From Dehalococcoidia bacterium (GTDB lineage: Bacteria > Chloroflexota > Dehalococcoidia > Bin125), in assembly GCA_963663235.2 (NCBI GenBank), contig CAXXNO010000006.1, positions 279,129 through 343,128 on the forward strand: DNA of 64,000 bases. The letters run 5' to 3'. Shown piece after piece: positions 10,048 through 19,243 of this stretch. Below the pieces are notes generated by a model. It searched no databases. It was not told the origin of the DNA and saw only the letters and a list, made by a program, of their open reading frames with translations. Each line of letters begins with the position of its first letter. Within the stretch, counting starts at the first letter, position 1. A program made the position numbers and the translations under genes.

Positions 10048-11598
10048 GTGAGCGCATCTGACTCGAAGCCGCCGCTTAAGAAGGTTCTCATCGCCAACCG
10101 CGGTGAGATTGCGCTGCGGGTGGTCCGTGCCTGCCGAGACCTCGGCATCCAGTCGGTCGCCGTGTACTCGGAGGTGGATCGAGCGGCGCCGCACGTGCGC
10201 TACGCGGACGAGGCGTACGCGATCGGGCCGGCCGAGGCGGCGCAGAGCTACCTCAACGTCGAGCGCCTGCTGGACGTTGCGCGTCGCGCCGGGGCCGAGG
10301 CGATCCACCCCGGCTACGGCTTCCTGTCCGAGAACGCCGCATTCGCCCGCGCCTGCCGGGACCAGGGGCTCACGTTCGTGGGGCCATCGCCGGAAACGAT
10401 GGACAAGATGGGGACGAAGCTGGATTCGCGCCGCGCGCTGGCGGGGACGGAGGTCCCGCTGATCCCCGGGACGACCGAGCCAGTCCACAACGCGGAGGAG
10501 GCGGCGCGGGTCGCCGACGAGATCGGCTATCCCGTGTTGATCAAGGCCTCCGCCGGGGGTGGCGGCAAAGGGATCCGCGAGGTGGGCTGCGCCGAGGAGT
10601 TGGCCCGCGCGATCATCAACGCCCAGCAAGAGTCGCTCTCGGCCTTCGGCGACGACGCGTTCTACGTGGAAAAGCTCCTGCGGCCCGTGCGGCACGTGGA
10701 GATCCAGGTGATCGCCGACGAGCACGGCAACGTCGCCACGGTCGGCGAGCGGGAGTGCTCGATCCAACGCCGGCGGCAGAAGTTAATCGAAGAGTGTCCG
10801 TCACCGATCGTGACGCCGGAACTGCGGGCGCGGATGCGCGCGGCGGCGCGCAAGGTGGTTGAGGTGAGCGGCTACACGAACGCGGGCACGGTGGAGTGTC
10901 TGGTCTACGACAACGATCAGTTCGCGTTCCTGGAGATGAACGCGCGGTTGCAGGTGGAGCATCCGGTCACGGAGCTGGTGTGGGACGTGGACCTGGCCGT
11001 GGACCAGTTGCGCATCGCCGGAGGGGAACCTCTGGGGTATGGGGACGACGATCTACAGATGCGCGGCTGGGCGATGGAGTGCCGGGTGGCGGCCGAAGAT
11101 CCCTACAACCAGTTCCTGCCCAGCACGGGGATGGTGCACCACTACCGGGAGCCCGCCGGCCCGGGGATCCGCATTGAGAGCGGTCTGTACAACGGGATGC
11201 CGGTGAGCGTGCACTACGATCCGCTGCTGACGAAAATTGTGGTCTGGGGGCACAATCGCGAGGAGGCCCGCCGACGGATGCTACGGGCGTTGGCGGAGTT
11301 CCGCCTGGTGGGGCTGCAGACGAACGTGCCGTTCCACACGGGGATGCTGCAAGATGCCCGGTTCATCGCCGGTGATTTCCATACGGATTATGTGGAGCAG
11401 GAGTTCTCCCTCAGCCCTCCGGACGGGCCCGACCGCGCCGACATCGCCGCGCTGGCCGCGGCGGCATATCTTCACGATTCCGGGACATGGGCCCAGCGCG
11501 AGCCGTCTCGGGAGCGCGACGGGCAGCGGCTCAGCGCCTGGGCGCGGCGGCCGCGCGGGCAGCGCGGCGTTATGGAGCAGGGATGGCGAAGAAGCTAA
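10048..11598 (+). CDS. accC: Acyl-CoA carboxylase, biotin carboxylase subunit
   Basis: KVLIANRGEIA, HPGYGFLSEN, GGGGKG, RECSIQRRRQK, EMNARLQVEHPVTE. Confidence 0.93.
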   Translation: MSASDSKPPLKKVLIANRGEIALRVVRACRDLGIQSVAVYSEVDRAAPHVRYADEAYAIGPAEAAQSYLNVERLLDVARRAGAEAIHPGYGFLSENAAFARACRDQGLTFVGPSPETMDKMGTKLDSRRALAGTEVPLIPGTTEPVHNAEEAARVADEIGYPVLIKASAGGGGKGIREVGCAEELARAIINAQQESLSAFGDDAFYVEKLLRPVRHVEIQVIADEHGNVATVGERECSIQRRRQKLIEECPSPIVTPELRARMRAAARKVVEVSGYTNAGTVECLVYDNDQFAFLEMNARLQVEHPVTELVWDVDLAVDQLRIAGGEPLGYGDDDLQMRGWAMECRVAAEDPYNQFLPSTGMVHHYREPAGPGIRIESGLYNGMPVSVHYDPLLTKIVVWGHNREEARRRMLRALAEFRLVGLQTNVPFHTGMLQDARFIAGDFHTDYVEQEFSLSPPDGPDRADIAALAAAAYLHDSGTWAQREPSRERDGQRLSAWARRPRGQRGVMEQGWRRS

Positions 11599-12116
11599 CG
11601 CTCCAGGTAGGGGAGCGGCTGCGCGAAGTCGAGTTCACGGAGGTGGAGGGCGATTCGCTGTCACTGCGGCTCGATGGCGTGGAGCACGCCGTGGAACTGC
11701 AGCAGGTGGGGGAGGGGCCGCTGTACGAGCTGGTGCTGGACCACCATGCGACCGAGGTGCTGATCAAGCGGGAGGGGCCGGCGCTGCGGCTCATTATCGG
11801 GGCGGACAGCTGGGTGGTGACACGGCGGCGTCCGGGGGCGGGGGAGCTTGCCGCGGACGCGCTGGAGGCAGGCGAGCTGGTGGTGCGCGCGCCCATGACG
11901 GGCGTGGTGCTGGAGGTTCTGGTGCGGCCGGGCGATCAGGTGGCCCAGCGCGACAGCCTCTTGGTGATCCAGGCCATGAAGATGAATAACGAGATCCGCG
12001 CCCCGGCGGAGGGCACGGTGACCGAGGTCTCCGTGAGCGTGGAGCAGACGGTCAACCAGGGCGATCCGCTGCTGACAATCCACCTGGGTGCTGAGGAGAC
12101 GAACGGCGCGGCCTAG
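11583..12116 (+). CDS. Biotin carboxyl carrier protein
   Basis: APMTGVV...IQAMKMNNEIRAP biotinylation motif. ATG 11583 overlaps the end of accC. Confidence 0.9.
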   Translation: MAKKLTLQVGERLREVEFTEVEGDSLSLRLDGVEHAVELQQVGEGPLYELVLDHHATEVLIKREGPALRLIIGADSWVVTRRRPGAGELAADALEAGELVVRAPMTGVVLEVLVRPGDQVAQRDSLLVIQAMKMNNEIRAPAEGTVTEVSVSVEQTVNQGDPLLTIHLGAEETNGAA

Positions 12117-12120
12117 CCGG

Positions 12121-12150
12121 TTGACCGCCGATTTTGCCGGTTGCTAGCAT
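12121..12150 (+). promoter_or_regulatory. sigma70-type promoter TTGACC-N18-TAGCAT for infC-rpmI-rplT
   Basis: Same boxes and spacing as the tRNA-Val promoter. Confidence 0.65.
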
Positions 12151-12221
12151 GAGACGCCGAGGCCGAGTGGCGCACTCGGCTCTCGCTGACGGTCGAAGCG
12201 CCGCGCCGATGGAGAATGCCC

Positions 12222-12836
12222 CTGGCCGCTCGCGACCACCGCGTCAACGAACAGATCCGTGTCCGCGAGGTCCGCGTCATCGGCGTGGACGGCGAGCAAC
12301 TAGGCGTCCTGCCGACCGAGCAAGCGCTGACGATGGCGCGCGAGCAGGGCGTGGACCTGGTCGAGGTGGCGCCCAGCGCGAGCCCGCCGGTGACACGGTT
12401 CCTGGACTACGGAAAGTTCAAGTACGAGCAGGCGAAGCGGAAGAGCGAGGGCCGCAAGAAGCAGAAGGGCGTCGTGCTGCGCGAAGTGACGATGAAGCCG
12501 AAGATCGGCAAGCACGACATCGACTTCAAGTTGCGCACGGCGCACAAGCTCTTGGCGGACGGGGACAAGCTCAAGATCACGGTGATGTTCCGGGGCCGCG
12601 AGATCACACACCCGGAGATCGGGCGGGCGTTGATCGAGCAGGTGATGCAGCGTCTGGACGAGGCCGGGATCCCGCTGGTGATCGAGAAGCCGATCGGCAT
12701 GGAGGGGCGCTTCATGAGCGTGATCGTGGCGGAGGACAAGGTCAAATCCGCGGCGCTCGCGCGAGAGCGCGAACGCGCCGACGACGGCAGCGAGGCCGAC
12801 ACCGAAGCGGTGACCAGCGGCCAGCAGGAGGGGTAG
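12222..12836 (+). CDS. infC: Translation initiation factor IF-3 (probable CTG start)
   Basis: RVNEQIRVREVRVIG, DLVEVAP, DYGKFKYEQ, MFRGRE. SD GGAG (12211-12214) is 7 nt from CTG 12222 but only 1 nt from ATG 12216. Confidence 0.95.
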   Translation: MAARDHRVNEQIRVREVRVIGVDGEQLGVLPTEQALTMAREQGVDLVEVAPSASPPVTRFLDYGKFKYEQAKRKSEGRKKQKGVVLREVTMKPKIGKHDIDFKLRTAHKLLADGDKLKITVMFRGREITHPEIGRALIEQVMQRLDEAGIPLVIEKPIGMEGRFMSVIVAEDKVKSAALARERERADDGSEADTEAVTSGQQEG

Positions 12837-12846
12837 CGGAGCGCGC

Positions 12847-13056
12847 ATGCCGAAAATGAAGACGCACCGCGGGACGAAGAAGCGGATGGCGCTCACCGGG
12901 TCGGGCAAGGTGATGCGGATGAAGGGCCACCGCGGTCACAACAAGATGAAGAAGAACAAGCGCCAACTCTTCGCCATGGGCGACATGCACCCCGTGGCCA
13001 GCCGGGGGTACCGCAAGATGGTGCGCAAGCTGCTGCCGTACGGCACGGGCCGCTAG
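12847..13056 (+). CDS. rpmI: 50S ribosomal protein L35
   Basis: MPKMKTHRGTKKR...LLPY, between infC and rplT. Confidence 0.96.
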   Translation: MPKMKTHRGTKKRMALTGSGKVMRMKGHRGHNKMKKNKRQLFAMGDMHPVASRGYRKMVRKLLPYGTGR

Positions 13057-13075
13057 CGCCTGAGGAGCCAGACCG

Positions 13076-13435
13076 ATGCCGAGAGTCAAGGGCGGACCGC
13101 AGAGCCGCCGCCGACACAAGAAACTGATCGCCGAGACCAAGGGGCACCACGGCGTCCGCCACCGGCTCTTTCGTCGGGCCAGTGAGTCCCGCCTGCACTC
13201 CCTGACCTACGCGTACCGAGACCGGCGCGATCGCAAGGGCGACTTCCGACGCCTCTGGATCCAGCGGATCAACGCGGGCGCGCGCCTGCACGGGCTGAGC
13301 TACAGCACCCTGATCCACGGTCTGCGGCGAGCCGAGATTGAGATCGACCGGAAGATACTGGCGGACCTGGCTGTGCGTGAGCCGGAGACGTTCGCCCAAA
13401 TTGTGGCGCAGGCGAAGGCCGCGCTGCCCTCCTAG
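13076..13435 (+). CDS. rplT: 50S ribosomal protein L20
   Basis: [38 protein letters not shown]. Confidence 0.98.
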   Translation: MPRVKGGPQSRRRHKKLIAETKGHHGVRHRLFRRASESRLHSLTYAYRDRRDRKGDFRRLWIQRINAGARLHGLSYSTLIHGLRRAEIEIDRKILADLAVREPETFAQIVAQAKAALPS

Positions 13436-13439
13436 CGCC

Positions 13440-15845
13440 TCACTGGTCCCGAATCGACGCGCCCAGTTCTTTTTGCAGCAGCCGCACGATGCCGGTGCGG
13501 GCGCGCGCCACTTCCGCCTCGGTCAAGGTCCGGTCCGGGGCACGGTAGTTAATGGCGAAGGCCAGGGACTTCTTGCCCTCGGGGATCGGTGCGCCGGCGT
13601 ACACGTCGAAGAGAGCGGCGGACTCCACCAACTTCTGTCGCAGCAGCACGCGCTCCACGGCCGCCGCCGGCGTGGCTTCATCGACCACCACGGCCAGGTC
13701 TTCGGCCACCGCGGGGAAGCGGCTGGGCTCCACGAACCGAGGAGCGGGCCGCGGGCGTGAGGCGAGCGCGTCCAAATCCAGCTCGAACAGGTAGACCTCG
13801 TCGTCGATTTCGAAGCGCGCGCAGACGTCTGGATGCACCTGCCCCAACAGGCCCACCGAGTCCCCATCGAGCCGCAGCGCGGCGGCGTGCCCCGGCACCA
13901 GGGCCGGGTCCTCCGAAGGCTCGTAGTCGAGGTCGAGGCGCATCGCAGCCGCCAGCGCTTGGACGATCGCTTTGGCATCGAAGAAGTCGAGCAGCCGCGG
14001 CTCAGCGCCCGGTGCGGCTGGGGCGAGCGGCCCGCCGTAGAGCGCCGCCGCGAGCGTCCGCTCCAGGGGCAGATCGCCGTCGCGTGGCAGGAAGAGCCGC
14101 CCGACCTCGAAGAGGCCGATGGGGCCGCGCTGGTGTCGACGATTGGCCGCGTAGGTGTCCAACAACCCGGGTCGCAGCGTAGTGCGCAACAGCGTGCGCT
14201 CCGCGCTCATGGGATTGGCCACCCCGAGGGGCGGCGTCTCCGAGATTGAAGTGAGCGGCTGGACGCGCTCGATGGCGTCGGCGCTGGAGAGCGCGTAGTT
14301 GATCACCTCGACGAGGCCCGCGGCGGCCAGGGCATCGCGGGCCTCGGCCATCACCCGGCGCAGGGGCTGCGGCTGCGGCTCGGGGATGGTCCCGGTGAGC
14401 GGCGCGCTGGGCAGCACGTCGTAGCCGACGATGCGGGCGACCTCCTCCGCGACGTCGTCCGCGATGGTCACGTCGGAGCGCCAGAACGGCGCCGTGACCG
14501 CGTAGCCGTCGGGCGAATCCGTGACCGCGAAGCCGAGCCGCGCGAGCGTGCCCACGATGCGCTCGCGCGGGAGGTCGACGCCGAGGACTTGGTGGAGGCG
14601 CTTGGCCGGTACGTCGATCACAACTGGGTCGCGGCGGCCGGGGTAGGCATCGAGGAAGCCCGCGTGCGCTTCGCCCCCGCCGATCTCGACCAGCAGCTGG
14701 GTCGCCCGTCGCGCGGCTTCCAGCGCCAGATCGGGGTTCAGCCCCTTCTCGAAGCGGGTCGAGGCTTCGGTGCGCAGCTTCAGCGCCGCCGCCGTGCGGC
14801 GCACACTGGGGCCGTGGAAGTTCGCCGATTCCAGCAGCACCGTCGTCGTGCCGCGCGACACCTCCGAATCGCCACCGCCCATCACCCCCGCCACCGCGAG
14901 CGCGCGCTCCGCGTCCGCGATCACCAGCTGGTCAGCGGCCAGGCGGCGCTCGGTCCCGTCCAGGAGGTGCAGCGACTCCTCGGCTCGCGCGCGGCGCACG
15001 ACGATGCGAGCCCCGGCGAGCTTGTCGAAGTCGAAGGCGTGGAGCGGCTGGCCCGTTTCCAGCATCACGAAGTTCGAGACATCGACGATGTTGGAGATCG
15101 GCCGCATCCCGGCCGACTGGAGGCGCTGCTGAAGCCAGTCAGGCGAAGGCGCCACCTTCACGTTGCGGACCAGCGCGGCCACGTATCGCAGGCAGAGGTC
15201 GGGGGCCTCGATTGATAGTCCGGCGCTCTCCTCGATCGGCGGAGCGGCGGCAGGATAGTCGGCCGAGGGCGAGCGCACGGGGCGATCCGTCAGCGCCGCC
15301 ACCTCGCGGGCCACGCCGAGCACCGCAAAGAGGTCGGGGCGGTTGGGCGTGAGGCTGAGGTCGAGCACCGTCTGCCCCAAAGCCTCGGTCAGCGGCGTAC
15401 CGACGGTGAGGTCGTCCGGCAGGACCCGGATCCCATCGTGCTCGTCGGAGATGCCCAGCTCGCGGTTGGAGCAGACCATGCCTGCCGACTCCACGCCGCG
15501 GATGGTGGAGCGCTTGAGCTTGCGGCGCTCGCCGGAGTGGGCGTCGATGAGGGTGGCGCCCTCGACGGCGAAGGCGACCTTCTGGCCCTCAGCCACGTTG
15601 GGCGCGCCGCAGACAACGATCTGCGGCTCCCCACGGCCGGTGTCGATCGTGGCCAGCCGCAGGCGGTCCGCGTTGGGATGGGGCGTCACCGCCGTAACGA
15701 GGCCGACGTAGACGTTGTCCCAATCGCCGCCGCTGCGCTCGATCCGCTCCACCTCCACACCCGCCATCGTGAGACGGTGGGCGAGGTCCTCCACGGGGAG
15801 GGTGAGGTCCACGTATTCGGCGAGCCAGCGGAGGGGGACTTTCAT
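13440..15845 (-). CDS. pheT: Phenylalanine--tRNA ligase beta subunit
   Basis: MKVPLRWLAEYV, HPNADRL, VCGAPNV, TPNRPD, RFEKG, C-terminal FDX-ACB (FDVYAG...KKSLAF). Confidence 0.98.
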   Translation of the reverse strand: MKVPLRWLAEYVDLTLPVEDLAHRLTMAGVEVERIERSGGDWDNVYVGLVTAVTPHPNADRLRLATIDTGRGEPQIVVCGAPNVAEGQKVAFAVEGATLIDAHSGERRKLKRSTIRGVESAGMVCSNRELGISDEHDGIRVLPDDLTVGTPLTEALGQTVLDLSLTPNRPDLFAVLGVAREVAALTDRPVRSPSADYPAAAPPIEESAGLSIEAPDLCLRYVAALVRNVKVAPSPDWLQQRLQSAGMRPISNIVDVSNFVMLETGQPLHAFDFDKLAGARIVVRRARAEESLHLLDGTERRLAADQLVIADAERALAVAGVMGGGDSEVSRGTTTVLLESANFHGPSVRRTAAALKLRTEASTRFEKGLNPDLALEAARRATQLLVEIGGGEAHAGFLDAYPGRRDPVVIDVPAKRLHQVLGVDLPRERIVGTLARLGFAVTDSPDGYAVTAPFWRSDVTIADDVAEEVARIVGYDVLPSAPLTGTIPEPQPQPLRRVMAEARDALAAAGLVEVINYALSSADAIERVQPLTSISETPPLGVANPMSAERTLLRTTLRPGLLDTYAANRRHQRGPIGLFEVGRLFLPRDGDLPLERTLAAALYGGPLAPAAPGAEPRLLDFFDAKAIVQALAAAMRLDLDYEPSEDPALVPGHAAALRLDGDSVGLLGQVHPDVCARFEIDDEVYLFELDLDALASRPRPAPRFVEPSRFPAVAEDLAVVVDEATPAAAVERVLLRQKLVESAALFDVYAGAPIPEGKKSLAFAINYRAPDRTLTEAEVARARTGIVRLLQKELGASIRDQ

Positions 15846-15860
15846 GACGGCAGCCGCGTC

Positions 15861-16865
15861 CTAGAACTGCTCCAAGAAGCGCAGGTCGTTTTGGTAGAAG
15901 TAGCGGATGTCGTGGATGCCATAGCGCAGCATGGCGGTGCGCTCCACGCCGATGCCGAAGGCGAAGCCGGTGTAGCGATCGGCGTCGTAGCCGGCGGCGG
16001 CCAGGATCTCCGGGTGCACCATGCCGGCGCCGAGGAGCTCGATCCAGCGGCCGTCGCGCCAGCGGATGGCGACCTCCGCGCCGGGCTCGACGAAGGGGAA
16101 GTAGTCGCAGCGGAAGCGGGCCTCGACATCGGGACCGAAGAGGCGGTGCACGAACGCCTCCAGAGTGCCCTTGAGGTTGGCGAAGCTCACGCCTTCATCG
16201 ACCACCAGGCCCTCGACCTGGGTGAGCATCCACTCGTGCGTGGCGTCGGTGGCCTCGTAGCGGTAGCAAGTGCCGGGGAAGATCGCCCGGATGGGCGGTT
16301 GACGCCGCTCCATCACGCGGATCTGCATGGGCGAGGTGTGCGTGCGCAGCAGCATGGGCCGCGCGCCGTCGCGTTCGTAGTCGATCCAGAGGGTGTCCCA
16401 CATGTCGCGCGCGGGATGGTCCTGGGGGATGCGCAGGCGCTCGAAGTTGTAGCGGTCCCACTCGACCTGCGGGCCCTCCATCACGTCGAAGCCCATGTCG
16501 CGGAAGGCGCGCTCGATCTCCCGCAAGGTGAGGGTGATGGGATGGAGATGGCCCTGGGGCAGGGGGCGGGGGGGCAGGGTGACGTCGATGCCCAGCGCGT
16601 CGCCGGCGGCGCCCTGGGGCGGCTGCAGCTGCCCGCGACGCTGCTTCAGCGCCGCTTCCAGCCGGGTCTTGAGGCTGTTGGCCTGCAGGCCGGCGCGCCG
16701 GCGCTCCTCCGCGGGCAGGCCGCCGAGGCCACGCAGGACGGCTGTGACGTCCCCCCTGCGGCCCAAGAAGCGGAGGCGCCAGGCATCGACCGCGGCGAGG
16801 TCAGCGGCGGCGGCCAGCGCGGTGAGCGCCTCGCGCTCAAGAGTGGTGAGGTCTGTGTCGCTCAT
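15861..16865 (-). CDS. pheS: Phenylalanine--tRNA ligase alpha subunit
   Basis: HPARDMWDT, LLRTHTSPMQ, YFPFVEPG, FAFGIGVER. Start at ATG 16865. Confidence 0.98.
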   Translation of the reverse strand: MSDTDLTTLEREALTALAAAADLAAVDAWRLRFLGRRGDVTAVLRGLGGLPAEERRRAGLQANSLKTRLEAALKQRRGQLQPPQGAAGDALGIDVTLPPRPLPQGHLHPITLTLREIERAFRDMGFDVMEGPQVEWDRYNFERLRIPQDHPARDMWDTLWIDYERDGARPMLLRTHTSPMQIRVMERRQPPIRAIFPGTCYRYEATDATHEWMLTQVEGLVVDEGVSFANLKGTLEAFVHRLFGPDVEARFRCDYFPFVEPGAEVAIRWRDGRWIELLGAGMVHPEILAAAGYDADRYTGFAFGIGVERTAMLRYGIHDIRYFYQNDLRFLEQF

Positions 16866-16873
16866 CCCGGGCC

Positions 16874-16903
16874 ACCGTACAAACGGCTTTCGCGGCCGGT
16901 CAA
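16874..16903 (-). promoter_or_regulatory. Promoter TTGACC-N18-TACGGT for pheS, probably leaderless
   Basis: The -10 box lies 8 nt upstream of the pheS ATG, leaving no room for an SD. Confidence 0.6.
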
Positions 16904-16973
16904 TCGACCCGCGCGCCGGGGCGCGGCTGGTACGATGCCGGACAGGGCAGGCAGCGAGCGGAGGGAATAGAGC

Positions 16974-17225
16974 ATGTCGCTCAAGAGCTACGTCCTGATC
17001 GAAGCGGAGGTGGGCGCCGCCAAGAGCGTGAGCGAGGCGCTGCGCGCCCTCAAACACCCCGAAGCCGCCGTGGTCGGCGTCGACACGGTGACCGGTCCCT
17101 ACGACGTGATCTGCCTCCTGGAGGCCGACGACCTGAACAAATTGGGACGCTGCATCACCGAGGGGATCCAGAGCGTGGCCGGCGTCAAGCGCACCACGAC
17201 CTGCCTCACCGTGCAGCTGAGCTGA
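16974..17225 (+). CDS. Lrp/AsnC ligand-binding-domain-only protein
   Basis: YVLIEAEVG, VTGPYDVI, GVKRTTTC. SD GGAGG upstream. Confidence 0.88.
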   Translation: MSLKSYVLIEAEVGAAKSVSEALRALKHPEAAVVGVDTVTGPYDVICLLEADDLNKLGRCITEGIQSVAGVKRTTTCLTVQLS

Positions 17226-17241
17226 CGCCGAGAGCGCGACG

Positions 17242-18543
17242 ATGACCCAGAAAGCAGCGCCCGCCGCAGACATGCTGCCGGTTGAGGAGGCGCTGGCGCG
17301 CATCCTGGCCCTCTGCGAGGTGATGCCCCCCGAGCGCCGGCCGATCGACGAGGCGGGCGGCCAGGTGCTGGCGGAGGACGTGGTCGCGCCGTTCGACATC
17401 CCTCCGCTCGACAACACGGCCATGGACGGCTACGCCGTGCAGGCGGCCAGCACGTCCGGCGCGGGCGCGGCGCGTCCGCTGCGCCTGCGGGTCCGTGGAG
17501 AGCTGGCGGCGGGCTATCTCTTCGAGGGGAGCGTGGGGGCAGGGGAGGCCGTGCGGATCATGACCGGGGCGCCCGTTCCCGCCGGCGCGGACAGCATTGT
17601 GCCGTTCGAAGAGACGGACGAAGAGGGGCTGCGCGCGCCGGGGCAGGCGCAGGCCGCGCCCGCCGAGGTGGGCGTGCTGAAGGAGGCGAAGCCGGGCGCC
17701 AACATCCGCCGTCGCGGGGAGGACGTGCGCCGGGGCGCGCGGATCCTGGAGGCAGGGGCGGTGCTGCGGGCGGCGCAGATCGGCGTGCTGGCGTCGATGG
17801 GGATCGCGGATGCGGTAGTGATCCGGCGACCGCGTGTGGCGATCCTGTCGACGGGGGACGAGTTGCTGGAGGCGGGGCAGCCGCCCGCGCCGGGCAAGAT
17901 CTACGACAGCAACGCGGCCGGGCTGGCGGCGCTGGTGCACGAGCACGGCGGCGTTCCCGTGCGCCTGGGGATCGCCCGGGACACGGTGGAGGCGCTGCGG
18001 GACAAGATCCGCGAGGCGCTGGCGGCGGACATGGTGGTGACGTCGGCGGGCGTGTCGCGGGGCGACTACGACGTGGTCAAAGAGGTGCTGGCCTCCGAGG
18101 GGCAGGTGGACTTCTGGACCGTGCGGATGAAGCCGGGCAAGCCGCTGGCGTTCGGGACGTTCGAGGCGGCGGACGGGCGCTCGGTGCCGCACATCGGCCT
18201 GCCCGGAAACCCGGTGTCATCGCTGCTGGCGTTCGAGCTGTTCGGCCGCCCGGCGATCTTCAAAATGCTGGGGCGGAAGGTGACGCCGCGCCCGATGATT
18301 CGGGCGGTGGCGGACGAGGCGATCGTGAACACGGACGGGCGTCGGGTGTACGCCCGGGTGATTGTGCGACAGGGCGACGACGGGCGCTGGCACGCGCGGC
18401 TGACGGGGCCGCAGGGGTCGGGGGTGCTGACGTCGTTGGCGCTGGCCAACGGGCTGGCGATTTGCCCGGAGGAGCGCGAGCAGGTGAACCCGGGCGAGGA
18501 GGTGGACGTGATCATGCTGGCGTGGGAGCATCCCGTCGATTAG
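17242..18543 (+). CDS. moeA: Molybdopterin molybdotransferase
   Basis: PPLDNTAMDGYA, RIMTGAPVP, STGDEL, SAGVSRGDYD, MKPGKP, GLPGNPVS. Confidence 0.96.
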   Translation: MTQKAAPAADMLPVEEALARILALCEVMPPERRPIDEAGGQVLAEDVVAPFDIPPLDNTAMDGYAVQAASTSGAGAARPLRLRVRGELAAGYLFEGSVGAGEAVRIMTGAPVPAGADSIVPFEETDEEGLRAPGQAQAAPAEVGVLKEAKPGANIRRRGEDVRRGARILEAGAVLRAAQIGVLASMGIADAVVIRRPRVAILSTGDELLEAGQPPAPGKIYDSNAAGLAALVHEHGGVPVRLGIARDTVEALRDKIREALAADMVVTSAGVSRGDYDVVKEVLASEGQVDFWTVRMKPGKPLAFGTFEAADGRSVPHIGLPGNPVSSLLAFELFGRPAIFKMLGRKVTPRPMIRAVADEAIVNTDGRRVYARVIVRQGDDGRWHARLTGPQGSGVLTSLALANGLAICPEEREQVNPGEEVDVIMLAWEHPVD

Positions 18544-18593
18544 AGGGCCGAGCGGTGCGGAATCGCCGCGCAAGAGAGGGAGGTTACAGTCCA

Positions 18594-18899
18594 ATGGAGT
18601 TCCTGTTGAAGACAATGATGCGGGATCCGATGCCGCCGGAGATGGTGGCGCCGATGTTCGAGGCCCTGCTGGGGTGGGCCCAGAAGTACCGGGCCAGCGG
18701 GAAGCTGGAGCGGATGTGGAACTTCGCCGGGCTGCAAGGCGGGGGCGGGATCTTGAACGTGGACTCGCACGAGGAGCTGGAAGCGATCATGAACGAGTTC
18801 CCGCTGGGGCCGTTCATGGAGATCGAGATCACCCCGCTGTCCGACCTGGACAAGGCGCTGCAGGGGATCATCGAGGCGGCGAAGGCGATGCAGGGGTAG
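18594..18899 (+). CDS. Muconolactone delta-isomerase-like small protein
   Basis: GKLERMW...GILNVDSHEELEAIMNEFPLGPFMEIEITPL. SD GGGAGG upstream. Confidence 0.75.
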   Translation: MEFLLKTMMRDPMPPEMVAPMFEALLGWAQKYRASGKLERMWNFAGLQGGGGILNVDSHEELEAIMNEFPLGPFMEIEITPLSDLDKALQGIIEAAKAMQG

Positions 18900-18903
18900 G
18901 CGC

Positions 18904-19224
18904 CTAGCGCATGGTGAAGCGCTCGAACTCGCGGGAGGCGGGGCCCCAGCGGGGCTCGACCTTGACCACGTGGGCCCCACCGGGGCCTGTCCTTAGTTCG
19001 GTCAGCAGTTGCCGCAGCAGGTCGCGCGGGCCCTCCGCCACCACCTCCAGCGTGCGGCCGTCGTCCAAGTTGGCGGCGTAGCCGGTGAGGCGCCCGCCCG
19101 GGCGGCCGAGGTCGCGGGCGATGCGGACGCAGAAGTCGCGGTAGCCCACGCCCTGCACGCGACCCTGCACGTGCACCCTGAGACGCACGACACCCAGCGT
19201 CACATCATCGTCGGCCACGGCCAC
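18904..19224 (-). CDS. Acylphosphatase
   Basis: GRVQGVGYR, GYAANLDDG, VEVVAEG-like motif. Confidence 0.93.
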   Translation of the reverse strand: MAVADDDVTLGVVRLRVHVQGRVQGVGYRDFCVRIARDLGRPGGRLTGYAANLDDGRTLEVVAEGPRDLLRQLLTELRTGPGGAHVVKVEPRWGPASREFERFTMR

Positions 19225-19243
19225 CCTACCCTACCCATCCGCA

